Shown in pieces: positions 1 to 9,240 of a stretch of DNA of 32,000 bases (position 1 is its first letter; each line of letters begins with the position of its first letter). This DNA is from Candidatus Iainarchaeum sp. (GTDB lineage: Archaea > Iainarchaeota > Iainarchaeia > Iainarchaeales > CSSED10-239). A model generated the notes under the pieces. The model saw only the letters and a program-made list of their open reading frames with translations, was not told the DNA's origin and made no database searches. The stretch spans positions 7,690 through 39,689 of the forward strand of contig JAQVTI010000007.1 of assembly GCA_028700115.1 (NCBI GenBank), given 5' to 3'. The position numbers and the translations under genes were made by a program.

Positions 1-25
1 GCTCTACCAACTGAGCTAAGAGCCC
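1..25 (-). tRNA. 5' part of a tRNA gene cut by the window edge; by position probably the 16S-23S spacer tRNA (tRNA-Ala)
   Basis: Reverse complement of 1-25 = GGGCTCTTAGCTCAGTTGGTAGAGC, a 7-nt acceptor strand plus a canonical D-arm. It lies ~160 nt downstream of the 16S 3' end on the same strand, where archaeal rRNA operons normally carry tRNA-Ala. The anticodon is outside the window, so the isotype is inferred only. Confidence 0.6.
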
Positions 26-188
26 TTTTATTAAAATATTATATAAGAAAACACTTATAAATATATTTTTTTAAAATAAACATAAATAAATTGAAGAAAA
101 ATAGAGAGAATGTGGAGATTAGAAGTATTTGCTTAAAAAACTCTAATTTGAAAATTTCGAAAAAATAACTAAATAAAATAGTTATATA

Positions 189-1683
189 GGAGGTGATCCG
201 TCCGCAGGTTCCCCTACGGACACCTTGTTACAACTTAGTCTACCTCACGAAATATAGAATAACTTTAACCTTTAGTAGCTTAAAGTTCATCTACACTTCA
301 TTCAGTTGGCTTGATGGGCGGTGTGTGCAAGGCGCAGGGACATATTCACCGCGCGATAGTGACACGCGATTACTGGGGATTCCAGTTTCATGAGGGTGAG
401 TTGCAACCCTCAATCCAGACTTGGATCAAGTTTTTGAGATTACCACCCCCTTTCGGGTTAGAGACTCTTTGTCTTGACCATTGTATGCCGCGTGTTGCCC
501 AGAACGTTTGCACTATACTGACCTACCTTCGCCCATTCCTTCCTCACTGTTACCAGTGCAGTCTTGTTAGAGTGCTCTTTTTTGTAAACAAAAAAGATAG
601 CAACTAACAATATGGGTCTCGCCCGTTACCTGAGTTAACAGGAAGCTTCACAGTACGAGCTGACGATGGCCATACAGTAGCTCTCAGCGCATCAGGTAAG
701 ACCTTTAGCCTGACCGTCATCTTGCTGTCAGCCCTGGTAAAATATCTGGCGTTTCATCCAATTAAACCGCAGCATCCACCCCTTGTAGTGCACCCCCGCC
801 AATTCCATTAAGTTTCAGTCTTGCGACCATACTTCCCAGGCGGCGGATTTAATGGTTTCCCTTCGGCCCTGAGTAAACTCGTAGTTTACCCAACACCTAA
901 TCCGCATCGTTTACGGCTGGGACTAACCGGGTATCTAATCCGGGTTGCGCCCCCAGCTTTCGTGTCTCACTGTCAGATCCGTTCTCGTTAAGCGCCTTCG
1001 CCACAGGTAGTCTTTCTAGTATCTTAAGATTCTACTCCTACTCTAGAAATACTCTTAACGTCTCCCGGTCTCTAGTCATGCCAGTATCTCTTGCAATTCA
1101 ACAAGTTAAGCTTGCTGCTTTCACAAAAGACTTAACAAACCAGCTACACACGCTTTAAGCCAAATAATGCTGGATACCACTTGGGGATTACGTATTACCG
1201 CGGCGGCTGGCACGCATATTGCCCTCCCCTTATTCGCATAGTTATTCACACTATACAAAAGCTTGCAAAGCAAGCACTTGGAATCTCTTTATCACGGTTT
1301 CCCGCATTGTAAAAGTTTCGTAACTGCTGCACCCCGTAGGGCTAGGGACATTATCTCAGTTCCCTTCTCCGGGCTCCCTCTCTCAAGGCCCGTACAGATC
1401 TCAGGCTTGGTAGGCAATTACCCTACCAACTACCTAATCTGACGCAGTCCCATCCTTTCGCGACTTACCAGCATGAAGGTAAGACTTTTTAAAAAACAAT
1501 CATTCCAGATTTGTTTTTCTATAGAGCATTATCCTCAGTTTCCCAAGTTTTACTCTTCAAAAGGGTAGGTTGACCACGCGTTACTGAGCCGTTCGCCAAA
1601 ACTTCTCATAGCTGAAGTTTTTAGACTTGCATGTCTTAGTCAGATTCCAATAGCAGTATCCACCAGCAGGATCAGCTGGAATT
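189..1683 (-). rRNA. 16S (SSU) ribosomal RNA, archaeal type, apparently complete (~1.5 kb)
   Basis: The minus strand starts at 1683 with ATTCCAGCTGATCCTGCTGGTGGATACTGC (archaeal SSU 5' end). rc of 1324-1341 = CCCTACGGGGTGCAGCAG (archaeal 340-region signature). rc of 1195-1213 = GTGCCAGCCGCCGCGGTAA (515 region). The 3' end reads GTAGGGGAACCTGCGGACGGATCACCTCCT, ending near 189. It is a GC-rich island in AT-rich DNA. Confidence 0.95.
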
Positions 1684-1962
1684 ATTTTATATAATTTTGG
1701 AATTGGTTATATAATTTTGCACACAAATTTTAGTGAATTTAAGCATATAAAATTTGTTACTTTCTAATCTTTCCACATCAGACTCAAAAAAACTTGAGAC
1801 CTCATAAAAGATTTTACCTCAAAAATAATTTCGGTAAAATTTGTCTGCTTGAAAAAAACTTCTTGCAGTAAAATAATAATTGTACCGGCAAGTTTAAAAA
1901 GGTTTTGCTTTTTTCCTCTAAAAAATTAAAAAAAGCTTTAAAAAGACAGTTTTTTAAAAAAA

Positions 1963-2115
1963 ATATAATTTAAATATAAATATTATAAAAAAAAAATATA
2001 ATTTAAATATAAATATTATAAAAAAAATATAATTTAAATATAAATATTATATAAAAAAATATAATTCAAATATAAATATTATAAAAAAAAATATAATTTA
2101 AATATAAATATTATA
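1963..2115. repeat. Five-copy tandem repeat (25-nt core plus A-run, period 31-33 bp) between the eL41 gene and 16S
   Basis: The core ATATAATT(T/C)AAATATAAATATTATA starts at 1963, 1996, 2027, 2059 and 2091. Copies are separated by A6-A8 runs. Copy 4 carries a single T->C change. Each core contains TTTAAATA (plus strand) and TTTATATT (minus strand), both TATA-box-like. Confidence 0.9.
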
Positions 2116-2228
2116 TAAAAAAAATTTAAAAATAAAAAAAGTTAAGATTAAAAAAAATATTTAAATAAACTAAATTATTATATTTAAAATTAAATATATT
2201 TATTAAAAAAAAAAATAAGAAACTACAC

Positions 2229-2360
2229 CTATGATGCAGCTCTTTTTCTTAAATATCTTCTTTCTCTTTTCTTTTCTCTCATTTTCTTTTTCTTCCATTT
2301 CCATCTTTGTCTGGATTTAGTTTTTTTAAACCTACTTGAATCTTTCTTTCTTGTTCCCAT
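2229..2360 (-). CDS. rpl41e: ribosomal protein eL41 (43 aa; absent from the supplied ORF track)
   Basis: Manual translation of the minus strand from ATG (2360-2358) to TAG (2231-2229) gives MGTRKKDSSRFKKTKSRQRWKWKKKKMREKKRERRYLRKRAAS. The block RWKWKKKxMRxxKRERR matches my memory of archaeal L41e (RWKWxKKRxRRLKRERK). It lies in the rRNA/tRNA neighbourhood. Confidence 0.55.
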   Translation of the reverse strand: MGTRKKDSSRFKKTKSRQRWKWKKKKMREKKRERRYLRKRAAS

Positions 2361-2455
2361 TAATTTTCACATTTTATAAACATTATTTTTTTATAAATAT
2401 TTTTATAATAAATATTATTTTTTAAAAATTATTTTAAAAAATAAAAGTTTATCAA

Positions 2456-2528
2456 TGCTCTGGCCGGGATTCGAACCCGAGTCACTGGCTTGAAAGGCCA
2501 GTATGATTACCAACTACACTACCAAAGC
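2456..2528 (-). tRNA. tRNA-Glu (anticodon UUC)
   Basis: rc = GCTTTGGTAGTGTAGTTGGTAATCATACTGGCCTTTCAAGCCAGTGACTCGGGTTCGAATCCCGGCCAGAGCA. The acceptor GCTTTGG/CCAGAGC pairs. The anticodon arm is CTGGC-CTTTCAA-GCCAG (UUC). The T-loop is TTCGAAT. No encoded CCA. Confidence 0.85.
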
Positions 2529-2853
2529 ACATAAAGATAAATTGTTTTTATTTAAATATAATTAAAAACAGTATAATATAAATAAGTAACGATTTATTTA
2601 TATATTCTTTGTTTTTTTACTATATAATTATTACAACTATATAACTATGATAAAATAAATATATAAATATATTTATTTTTAAATAAACATAATCAAAAAA
2701 AATAAATTTTTTAAAATATAAAAATATTCTAAAAAAAGATACTATTTAAAAAGTTTTATTAATATCTTTATATATATAATATTAACTAATTTAAAAAAAA
2801 TAGTTGTAAAAAAATAAAATAAAAAAATAATATTTATTTAAAGGTGGATTAAT

Positions 2854-3006
2854 ATGGATAATGCAGCAAAAGAAAGAAGATTAAAAAATATATGGGTATG
2901 TATGGCTTGTAATAACACTATGAGATCTTCAAAAAAACCAGAAGCATGTAAAAAATGTGGTTCTACAAGAATAAGAGCTAAAAAGAAAGGAAAGAATGTT
3001 AAATAA
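2854..3006 (+). CDS. rpl40e: ribosomal protein eL40 (50 aa; absent from the supplied ORF track)
   Basis: Manual translation gives MDNAAKERRLKNIWVCMACNNTMRSSKKPEACKKCGSTRIRAKKKGKNVK. The CxxC...CxxCG zinc-ribbon pattern with basic flanks matches archaeal L40e (ICMxCNxxN...CRKCGxxxLRxK). AAGGTGGA sits 6 nt upstream of the ATG and is complementary to the 16S 3' end. Confidence 0.65.
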   Translation: MDNAAKERRLKNIWVCMACNNTMRSSKKPEACKKCGSTRIRAKKKGKNVK

Positions 3007-3034
3007 TTTTATAAATTAATAATAAATAAAAAAG

Positions 3035-4078
3035 TTAAAACCATTTTGATAAACTTTTTTGTTTTTCTTTTTCTTCTTTTTCTATAATAAATTTATTTAA
3101 AGTATTATTAATTCTTTCTTCAGAAAAATTAGCTTTATCAATTAATATATTTCTAATTTTATTTTCATCAAATTTACCTTTTATAATTTCTGGATTTTTA
3201 TTAATATTTGGATTTAAAAAAATATCCTGTATCTCTTTATAATCAAATGAAACATTTTTATTTTTTGATTTTAAATAAGAATTAATATCTTCAAAAGAAT
3301 TATATTCTTTAACAATTTTTAAAGCAGTTTTTGGACCTATTCCTTCTACTTTATCATTAAAATCTGTACCAATTAAAATAGACAACCAAATTAATTTTTC
3401 TCTAGAAATATTTAATTTCTCAAAAAGTTCTTTAGAATATATAATTTCTGGTTGTATATCTATATATATATTTTTATAAGGAATTTTTTTTTTCCCAGAA
3501 ACAGTTAAATTTCTCAAAAGATTTGGGGAGTTAAAAAGAAGAGAATCATAATCTTGAGATACTGTGTAATCTAAAATTCCTTTAGAAGTCATATATGATA
3601 TTTGAGCTTCAGCCTCTGATGGAGCATCAATATATGAAACCCCCATTGCTAATAATAATTCTTTAGATTCATTAATTATTTTTTTATTTAAAGAAACAAT
3701 TTGTCTAGAAAATTTAAAAATATCAGGCATATTTCCATCAATAGTTGCCTGTTCTAATTTTTCTTTTGCTTTTTCTTTTAAATTTTGCCTTCTATCTTTA
3801 GTTTTTTGCTTTAAATAATTACTTTTACCATCAAAAACAAAATATAAGTCTATATTATTTGTCATCAAGTTTAAAAGTCTATAAAAAAGACCATTTAAAT
3901 GCGAGGTAACTTCTCCATTTAAATTTTTTAAAGGTTCCCCATCTATACCTCTAATACTTGTTAAAAATTGATAAAGAATATTATATGAATCAAAACCAAA
4001 TTTTTTTAATTTAAATTCTTTTGTTAATTTAAATTCTTGTTTATATTCTTTTATTAAAGAACCAATTGCTACTCCCAT
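3035..4078 (-). CDS. fen: flap endonuclease 1 (FEN-1/XPG family)
   Basis: 347 aa. N-terminus MGVAIGSLI (archaeal FEN-1 begins MGVxIGxL). FVFDG (N domain), PSEAEAQ (I domain) and a GIGPKTALKIV helix-hairpin-helix are present. Confidence 0.9.
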   Translation of the reverse strand: MGVAIGSLIKEYKQEFKLTKEFKLKKFGFDSYNILYQFLTSIRGIDGEPLKNLNGEVTSHLNGLFYRLLNLMTNNIDLYFVFDGKSNYLKQKTKDRRQNLKEKAKEKLEQATIDGNMPDIFKFSRQIVSLNKKIINESKELLLAMGVSYIDAPSEAEAQISYMTSKGILDYTVSQDYDSLLFNSPNLLRNLTVSGKKKIPYKNIYIDIQPEIIYSKELFEKLNISREKLIWLSILIGTDFNDKVEGIGPKTALKIVKEYNSFEDINSYLKSKNKNVSFDYKEIQDIFLNPNINKNPEIIKGKFDENKIRNILIDKANFSEERINNTLNKFIIEKEEKEKQKSLSKWF

Positions 4079-4183
4079 TCATTATCACATAAAATATTAA
4101 TTAGAAAAGATATATAAATGTTTTTTTACATTATATTATTATAAAGTAATCTTTTTTTGTTATTAAAAAAAGAAATATATCAT

Positions 4184-4255
4184 GCATCCGTAGTATAGCG
4201 GTTAGTATGTGAGCCTTCCAAGCTTAGGACTCGGGTTCGATTCCCGACGGATGCA
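4184..4255 (+). tRNA. tRNA-Gly (anticodon UCC)
   Basis: GCATCCGTAGTATAGCGGTTAGTATGTGAGCCTTCCAAGCTTAGGACTCGGGTTCGATTCCCGACGGATGCA. The acceptor GCATCCG/CGGATGC pairs. The anticodon arm is TGAGC-CTTCCAA-GCTTA (UCC). The T arm is TCGGG-TTCGATT-CCCGA. Confidence 0.85.
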
Positions 4256-4282
4256 CTTTTAACTTATTTTTTAAATATACTA

Positions 4283-4900
4283 CTAGTTTATATCTTTTAA
4301 GAAATCATAAAATTCAAATCTATTTAAAATTTCTAAAATTGTTAAATAATTATTTAATCTATTGCCTTCTATAAAATATTTATCTATATTTTTATAAAAA
4401 GTATTATTTATGCTTTTACTATCTTTTAAAATATTATTTCCAGAAAGAATATTTCTCAAATAAATTTTACTATATTCTTTTGAGCTAAAAACTTTTGGAG
4501 CAGAAAAATAAAGACCTATATAAAAATTAATTTCCTTTAATTTATTTTTATCTATTAATCTATCTTTTTGAGCAATAGACAACTTATTTATTAATGAAAA
4601 TATCTCTTTATCTTGCTTACTTTCAAATTTATCAAATATATTATCTTTTTTTAAATTTGCAATTTTTCTTTTTTCTAAAAGTTTATTTATTTTTTCTTTA
4701 GAAACAGAATCTTCAAATTTTTTTTTAAAAAGGTCATAAAGATTATATAAATTATCTAATAATTTTTCTTCTTTTACAGTTAAATTTAATTTATTTGCAA
4801 GTTTTAAAAATTGTATTGCTTTTTCTTTAGTTTCATATTTTGGATTTTTTAAAGAATATTTTTCAATTTTTTCTATTTTTAAATTTTTTTTTTTAGGCAT
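4283..4900 (-). CDS. hypothetical protein, Lys-rich, predicted helical
   Basis: 205-aa ORF with no competing ORF. I recognise no motif. An A11 run lies directly after the start codon (4884-4894). Confidence 0.45.
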   Translation of the reverse strand: MPKKKNLKIEKIEKYSLKNPKYETKEKAIQFLKLANKLNLTVKEEKLLDNLYNLYDLFKKKFEDSVSKEKINKLLEKRKIANLKKDNIFDKFESKQDKEIFSLINKLSIAQKDRLIDKNKLKEINFYIGLYFSAPKVFSSKEYSKIYLRNILSGNNILKDSKSINNTFYKNIDKYFIEGNRLNNYLTILEILNRFEFYDFLKDIN

Positions 4901-4990
4901 ATTTTTTCAAATTTTATATAATTTATAAATATAATAATATTATAATTATATAATTTAATAAATAGATTGTTTTAATATTTATTAAAAAAA

Positions 4991-6379
4991 TCAAAAAAAA
5001 TAAGGAAGAATATTTAAAATTAATAATAATATTAAAATAATCCCAAAAAAAGTTCCAATTATTTTTTTTCTTTTTTCAATTTTTCTTTTTTTAGATAAAT
5101 ATTCAGAAAAAATTACTTTAGACATACCCCCACCATCAAAAGGATGTGTTGGTAAATAATTTACTGTTGCAATAATAAAATTTAATAATGCGCTCCATAA
5201 TAAAACATTATATATAGTTTTAAAAATATAATATTTTTTAGGAATAATATAATTTGGATCAGAAACAACTCCTACAGAAAAACCAACTCTTCCCATTTCA
5301 TTAGGTCTTAAATAAATTGTTTCTAAAATATTTGTATCTTTTGACATAATAATATATTTATTATCATAATCTAATTTTGTAGCATTAAGCAGATCATTTC
5401 TATTTCTAATATTAATATCATTAACAGAAATAATTACATCATTTACATCAAAAACACCATATGCAGGAGAATTATAACTAGTACCACAAATAGATGTTTC
5501 TTTTTCTACAGAATAAACATAAACAAGATCATCTTTTTCAATAGCAATGGAATTAGATAAATTTGTCATAGTTGGTGCAAATGCCAGAAATAATAAAAAA
5601 AATATAATAGCTAAAATAACATTACTCATAGGTCCAGCAGAATACATTCTTAAAAGATCTCTATCTTTAATTTTTTTTAATTGCTTTTCATCAGGTTCTA
5701 CAAATGCACCTAATGGTAAAATCCCTGCTAAAATAACTCCTATAGATTTTATTTTTAACTTTAAAGATCTTAATATAGCACCATGTGAAAATTCATGAAT
5801 AACTGCTGAAAAAATTAAAATTATCCAACCATACCATGGAATAAATATATCTACTTTAGGCATTTTAACCCCAGGAATAACAAGTCCTATTCCAGGACAT
5901 GCATTTGCTACTGTTCCTAGGAATAATTTAATTATAATATCATATGCAGAAAAAATTAAAGAACCTAAAGTAAATCCAGAAAGCCCCATAACCCCTGTAA
6001 GAATTATTAAAAAATATATAAATCCTTTTGAAATTAATGGATTATTTAAAAATAAACCTTTTGTTGAAAAATAAGAAATAATTATAAAAACAATAGAAGA
6101 TATTAAAAATAATAAAACTCTTTTCCAAACTTTTTTTAATTTATTTTTAGAAACATAATCTAAACCAAATGCCCCAAAACCAATAACTAATCCAATATCT
6201 GAAAAAACATATAATATTTTTTTGTTTTTTGCAATTTTATCTAAAAATTTAATAAATTTATTAGTTTTAAGTAATATTAATACACCTAAATAAATTTCTT
6301 TTTTAAAAAAAACTTTTGCAAATTTAGATGTAAAAAGCAATATTAAAATAATTAATAAAATTAATAAAAATGAGTTCAT
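4991..6379 (-). CDS. site-2 protease family (M50) membrane metalloprotease with an inserted PDZ-like domain
   Basis: 462 aa with multiple hydrophobic segments. HEFSH (HExxH) occurs in AVIHEFSHGAI. The second S2P signature is NYLPTHPFDGG (NxxPxxxxDG). A soluble insert (YGVFDVNDVIISVNDINIRNRNDL) looks PDZ-like. Confidence 0.8.
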   Translation of the reverse strand: MNSFLLILLIILILLFTSKFAKVFFKKEIYLGVLILLKTNKFIKFLDKIAKNKKILYVFSDIGLVIGFGAFGLDYVSKNKLKKVWKRVLLFLISSIVFIIISYFSTKGLFLNNPLISKGFIYFLIILTGVMGLSGFTLGSLIFSAYDIIIKLFLGTVANACPGIGLVIPGVKMPKVDIFIPWYGWIILIFSAVIHEFSHGAILRSLKLKIKSIGVILAGILPLGAFVEPDEKQLKKIKDRDLLRMYSAGPMSNVILAIIFFLLFLAFAPTMTNLSNSIAIEKDDLVYVYSVEKETSICGTSYNSPAYGVFDVNDVIISVNDINIRNRNDLLNATKLDYDNKYIIMSKDTNILETIYLRPNEMGRVGFSVGVVSDPNYIIPKKYYIFKTIYNVLLWSALLNFIIATVNYLPTHPFDGGGMSKVIFSEYLSKKRKIEKRKKIIGTFFGIILILLLILNILPYFF

Positions 6380-6477
6380 ATTTTCTCTTTATAATATATT
6401 CAATATAAAATAAAATATAAAAGGAAATATAAAGCTTTTGGAAAAAATTATTTTTAAAATTTATAATAAAAATAAAT

Positions 6478-8043
6478 TTATAACCATCCAAAAAGCATTA
6501 AAAGACCTAATAATAATATAATTGCACCTGCAACTAAATGGAAATATCTTATATTCTTTTGTTTCCATTCTCCAATATCTTGAATCTTACTTATCCCAAA
6601 ATAAACTATTAAAGTTATAATAATCATTGGAATAATAAATATAAGATTATATAATAATAACAAAGGAATAGACTTTAAAATATCAATTAAAGCAAGAGAA
6701 TTAGTTGCAACAACATAAGGTCCAATTGTACAAGGTAAAAGAAAAACAGTAACAAAAAGACCTACTACAAAAGCACCAATCGGAGAAGTTGCTTTTTTAA
6801 TTAATTTTTGTACTTTTGGTCTTAACCCCATAGGCATTTCAGTACCTATAGTCCCAGGTTTATAATTAAAGAAGTCTTTAATTTGTAAAACTCCTAAAAT
6901 AATTGCAATAATTGCAAAAACTTTATATGCAATAATAGATGTTGCACCAGAAAATGATTTAAATAAAGAAATAAAAATTAAGCCATATAAAAAATACATA
7001 ATAAATATAGATAAAGTAAATAAAAGACCTGATTTTAAAATTTTATTTTTATTATTAGAACTATAAGTTGTAATAGTTAATAAAAGCATTAATAAAACAG
7101 CAAAAGCACAAGGATTTACAGCATCTGTTAATGCAAGAGTAACAACTTTAAAAACACTTAATTTATCTTTATTTACTTTATTTGCTAAAATTGTAGAATT
7201 ATCTAAAACTTCATTACATTCTTTTTCAACAACACTACATTCTCCATTAAAATAAAATTTATAACCATCAAATTCAACAGCTTGATCAAAAGATTGTATA
7301 GCTCCTGAAAGTGGGATATAATTTTCATTAATACTAATAAAATTAATATCTTTTAAAATTAAAGAAACATCTTCTAAAGATAATAAATTATGTAAAATAT
7401 CATTAGAAATAATAGAAGAACTTGAAACTTTTTCTAAAGCTCTATCTTTTTTCCAAACTACAAAATTACCTTTTAATTTATTTAAATTAATATCAGAAAA
7501 ATAAGTTGAACCATTTTCATAAACTGAAAAAGGTAAAGGGCATTTATTATCTGTAATAAAATTTAAATTATTATCTATAAAATTATCAATTATAGAAGTA
7601 TAATAAAATATATTTTCTTTATTCAAAACTAAAAAAGGAATAGTTGTTCCAGAATCATATAAATCATCATAATCTAAAGCAAAAATAGTATTTTGTCTTT
7701 TTTGTTTAACTTCATATTCTATAATTACCAAATTAGGATTTTCTTTTAAGCCTTCTTTTAATAAAACAGGATCAATCTTTGCACAATGAGGGCAACCTAT
7801 TCCTGTAATATATACCCCACAAACTTCTTTATTATAATTTATAGAATTATTTCCATTTAAATCAGAATTTTCTAAATTATTATTTAAAAAATCCATACTA
7901 AAAATATTATCTGAAGAATCAATTTCACAAAGATTTTCTCCAGTATTTATATCTAAACAATCATCAGCAAATATAAATGTAGAAAAAAACAAACTTAAAA
8001 CAACTAATATAAACAAAAATAAAATACTTTTATAATTTTTCAT
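6478..8043 (-). CDS. secreted thioredoxin-like (CPHC) domain fused to a CcdA/DsbD-type thiol-disulfide transporter
   Basis: 521 aa with an N-terminal signal/TM segment. GIGCPHCAKIDP is a CxxC thioredoxin-fold motif. The C-terminal polytopic region carries the two CcdA/DsbD cysteines in DAVNPCAFAVLL and LLPCTIGPY. Confidence 0.7.
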   Translation of the reverse strand: MKNYKSILFLFILVVLSLFFSTFIFADDCLDINTGENLCEIDSSDNIFSMDFLNNNLENSDLNGNNSINYNKEVCGVYITGIGCPHCAKIDPVLLKEGLKENPNLVIIEYEVKQKRQNTIFALDYDDLYDSGTTIPFLVLNKENIFYYTSIIDNFIDNNLNFITDNKCPLPFSVYENGSTYFSDINLNKLKGNFVVWKKDRALEKVSSSSIISNDILHNLLSLEDVSLILKDINFISINENYIPLSGAIQSFDQAVEFDGYKFYFNGECSVVEKECNEVLDNSTILANKVNKDKLSVFKVVTLALTDAVNPCAFAVLLMLLLTITTYSSNNKNKILKSGLLFTLSIFIMYFLYGLIFISLFKSFSGATSIIAYKVFAIIAIILGVLQIKDFFNYKPGTIGTEMPMGLRPKVQKLIKKATSPIGAFVVGLFVTVFLLPCTIGPYVVATNSLALIDILKSIPLLLLYNLIFIIPMIIITLIVYFGISKIQDIGEWKQKNIRYFHLVAGAIILLLGLLMLFGWL

Positions 8044-8269
8044 AAAAAAACCTTCTTAAAATATATTATAAAAAATCTTTTTAAAATATATTATTAAAAC
8101 TTTAAAACATTTAAATAATTTCTTAAAAAATAAATTAAAAAAACCTATTATATAAATAAATATATAATTATATTTTTAAATATATTCTTACTAGCTTAAA
8201 AATTTTAAAAATATAATTATATAATTTAATTTCAAAAAAAATTAAAAAATAATATAAAATTATATAAAA

Positions 8270-9217
8270 CTAAAATTTAATTTTATAAGCACAAATCTTA
8301 TAAACAAGTTTTGCAAGAGTATAGCTTTCTGAAAAATAATCTTTTTTTTCTCCATTTGGGGCAAATTCTACTAAATCTAAAGCAATTACATTTTTTCTTT
8401 TAAAAATTTTTTCTAGAAAAAAATTAATTTGATTCCAATTAAATCCACCTGGTTCGGGTGTATTTGTATATTTAATTATAGAAGGATCAAAAAAATCTAC
8501 ATCAATTGAAATAAATACATGTTTTGGAAGTTTTTTTAAATACAAATCTAAAAATTTAGGATTTTTAAATAAATCTTTTGCATAAACTATATTAATATTT
8601 TTTCCATCTTTTGATTCTAAAAACATATGTTCATAAAAATCTTGAGATCTTACTCCAAAAATTACAGTTTCATGCTTTTTTGAAATAATTCTAGAAGTAC
8701 ATGCATGAAGCCAAGTATCTTCGCCCCAAGGTTCCCTTAAATCAGAATGAGCATCAAAAACAATTATCCCAAAATCAAGGTGTTTCTGTTCTAAAAAAGA
8801 TACTACAGAAATAGTTGTTGAATGATCTGAACCTAAAAAAATATTAAATTTATCTAAAGAAACATTTTTAGATAATGTGTCCAACATACTCTGTAAATCT
8901 AATATATAATTATTATGTTTCTGGAAGTTAAAAAAAGGATAAGTATATATTCCATAAAGATATGGTTCAAAATTTAATTCACAATCAAAATATTCTAATT
9001 CATATGAAGCTTTTAATATTTCTAAAGGACCTTTTTCAGCCCCAGAACCAACAGTTACTTTTCCTTTATATTTTATAGGAATAATATTTATCATTGAATC
9101 TTTTTTAGAACAATATTTTTTTGGAAGATTTAAAAATATAATATTTTTATTTAAAAAATTATCATTTATATTTTTATTTTTTTTAATAATTTTTAAAGTT
9201 TTATTTTTTAGAACCAT
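8270..9217 (-). CDS. speB: agmatinase / ureohydrolase family protein
   Basis: 315 aa with the arginase-fold Mn-binding motifs GSDHSTT, FDAHSDLR and SIDVDFFDP. It is the last gene of the dys-decarboxylase operon. Confidence 0.8.
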   Translation of the reverse strand: MVLKNKTLKIIKKNKNINDNFLNKNIIFLNLPKKYCSKKDSMINIIPIKYKGKVTVGSGAEKGPLEILKASYELEYFDCELNFEPYLYGIYTYPFFNFQKHNNYILDLQSMLDTLSKNVSLDKFNIFLGSDHSTTISVVSFLEQKHLDFGIIVFDAHSDLREPWGEDTWLHACTSRIISKKHETVIFGVRSQDFYEHMFLESKDGKNINIVYAKDLFKNPKFLDLYLKKLPKHVFISIDVDFFDPSIIKYTNTPEPGGFNWNQINFFLEKIFKRKNVIALDLVEFAPNGEKKDYFSESYTLAKLVYKICAYKIKF

Positions 9218-9240
9218 ATATATTTATATTTACAATAGAT

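Noticed and set aside
193-607. Track ORFs 193..393 and 311..607 (plus strand)
   Set aside because: They lie entirely inside the 16S rRNA gene on the opposite strand. They are GC-driven open frames within a structural RNA, not genes.
1955-2125. Tandem repeat considered as a CRISPR array
   Set aside because: The period is only 31-33 bp and the spacers are plain A-runs, not unique sequences. No cas genes are present. It sits in the rRNA leader.
4884-4894. A11/T11 homopolymer right after a start codon as a phase-variation switch (similar runs occur in other genes, including mod)
   Set aside because: Runs of 8 or more A/T are ubiquitous in this AT-rich, lysine-rich genome, so one tract carries no specific signal without population-level length variation data.
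5547-5798. Track ORF, 83 aa, plus strand
   Set aside because: It is antisense inside the S2P protease gene, with no RBS or motif. It is a shadow ORF.
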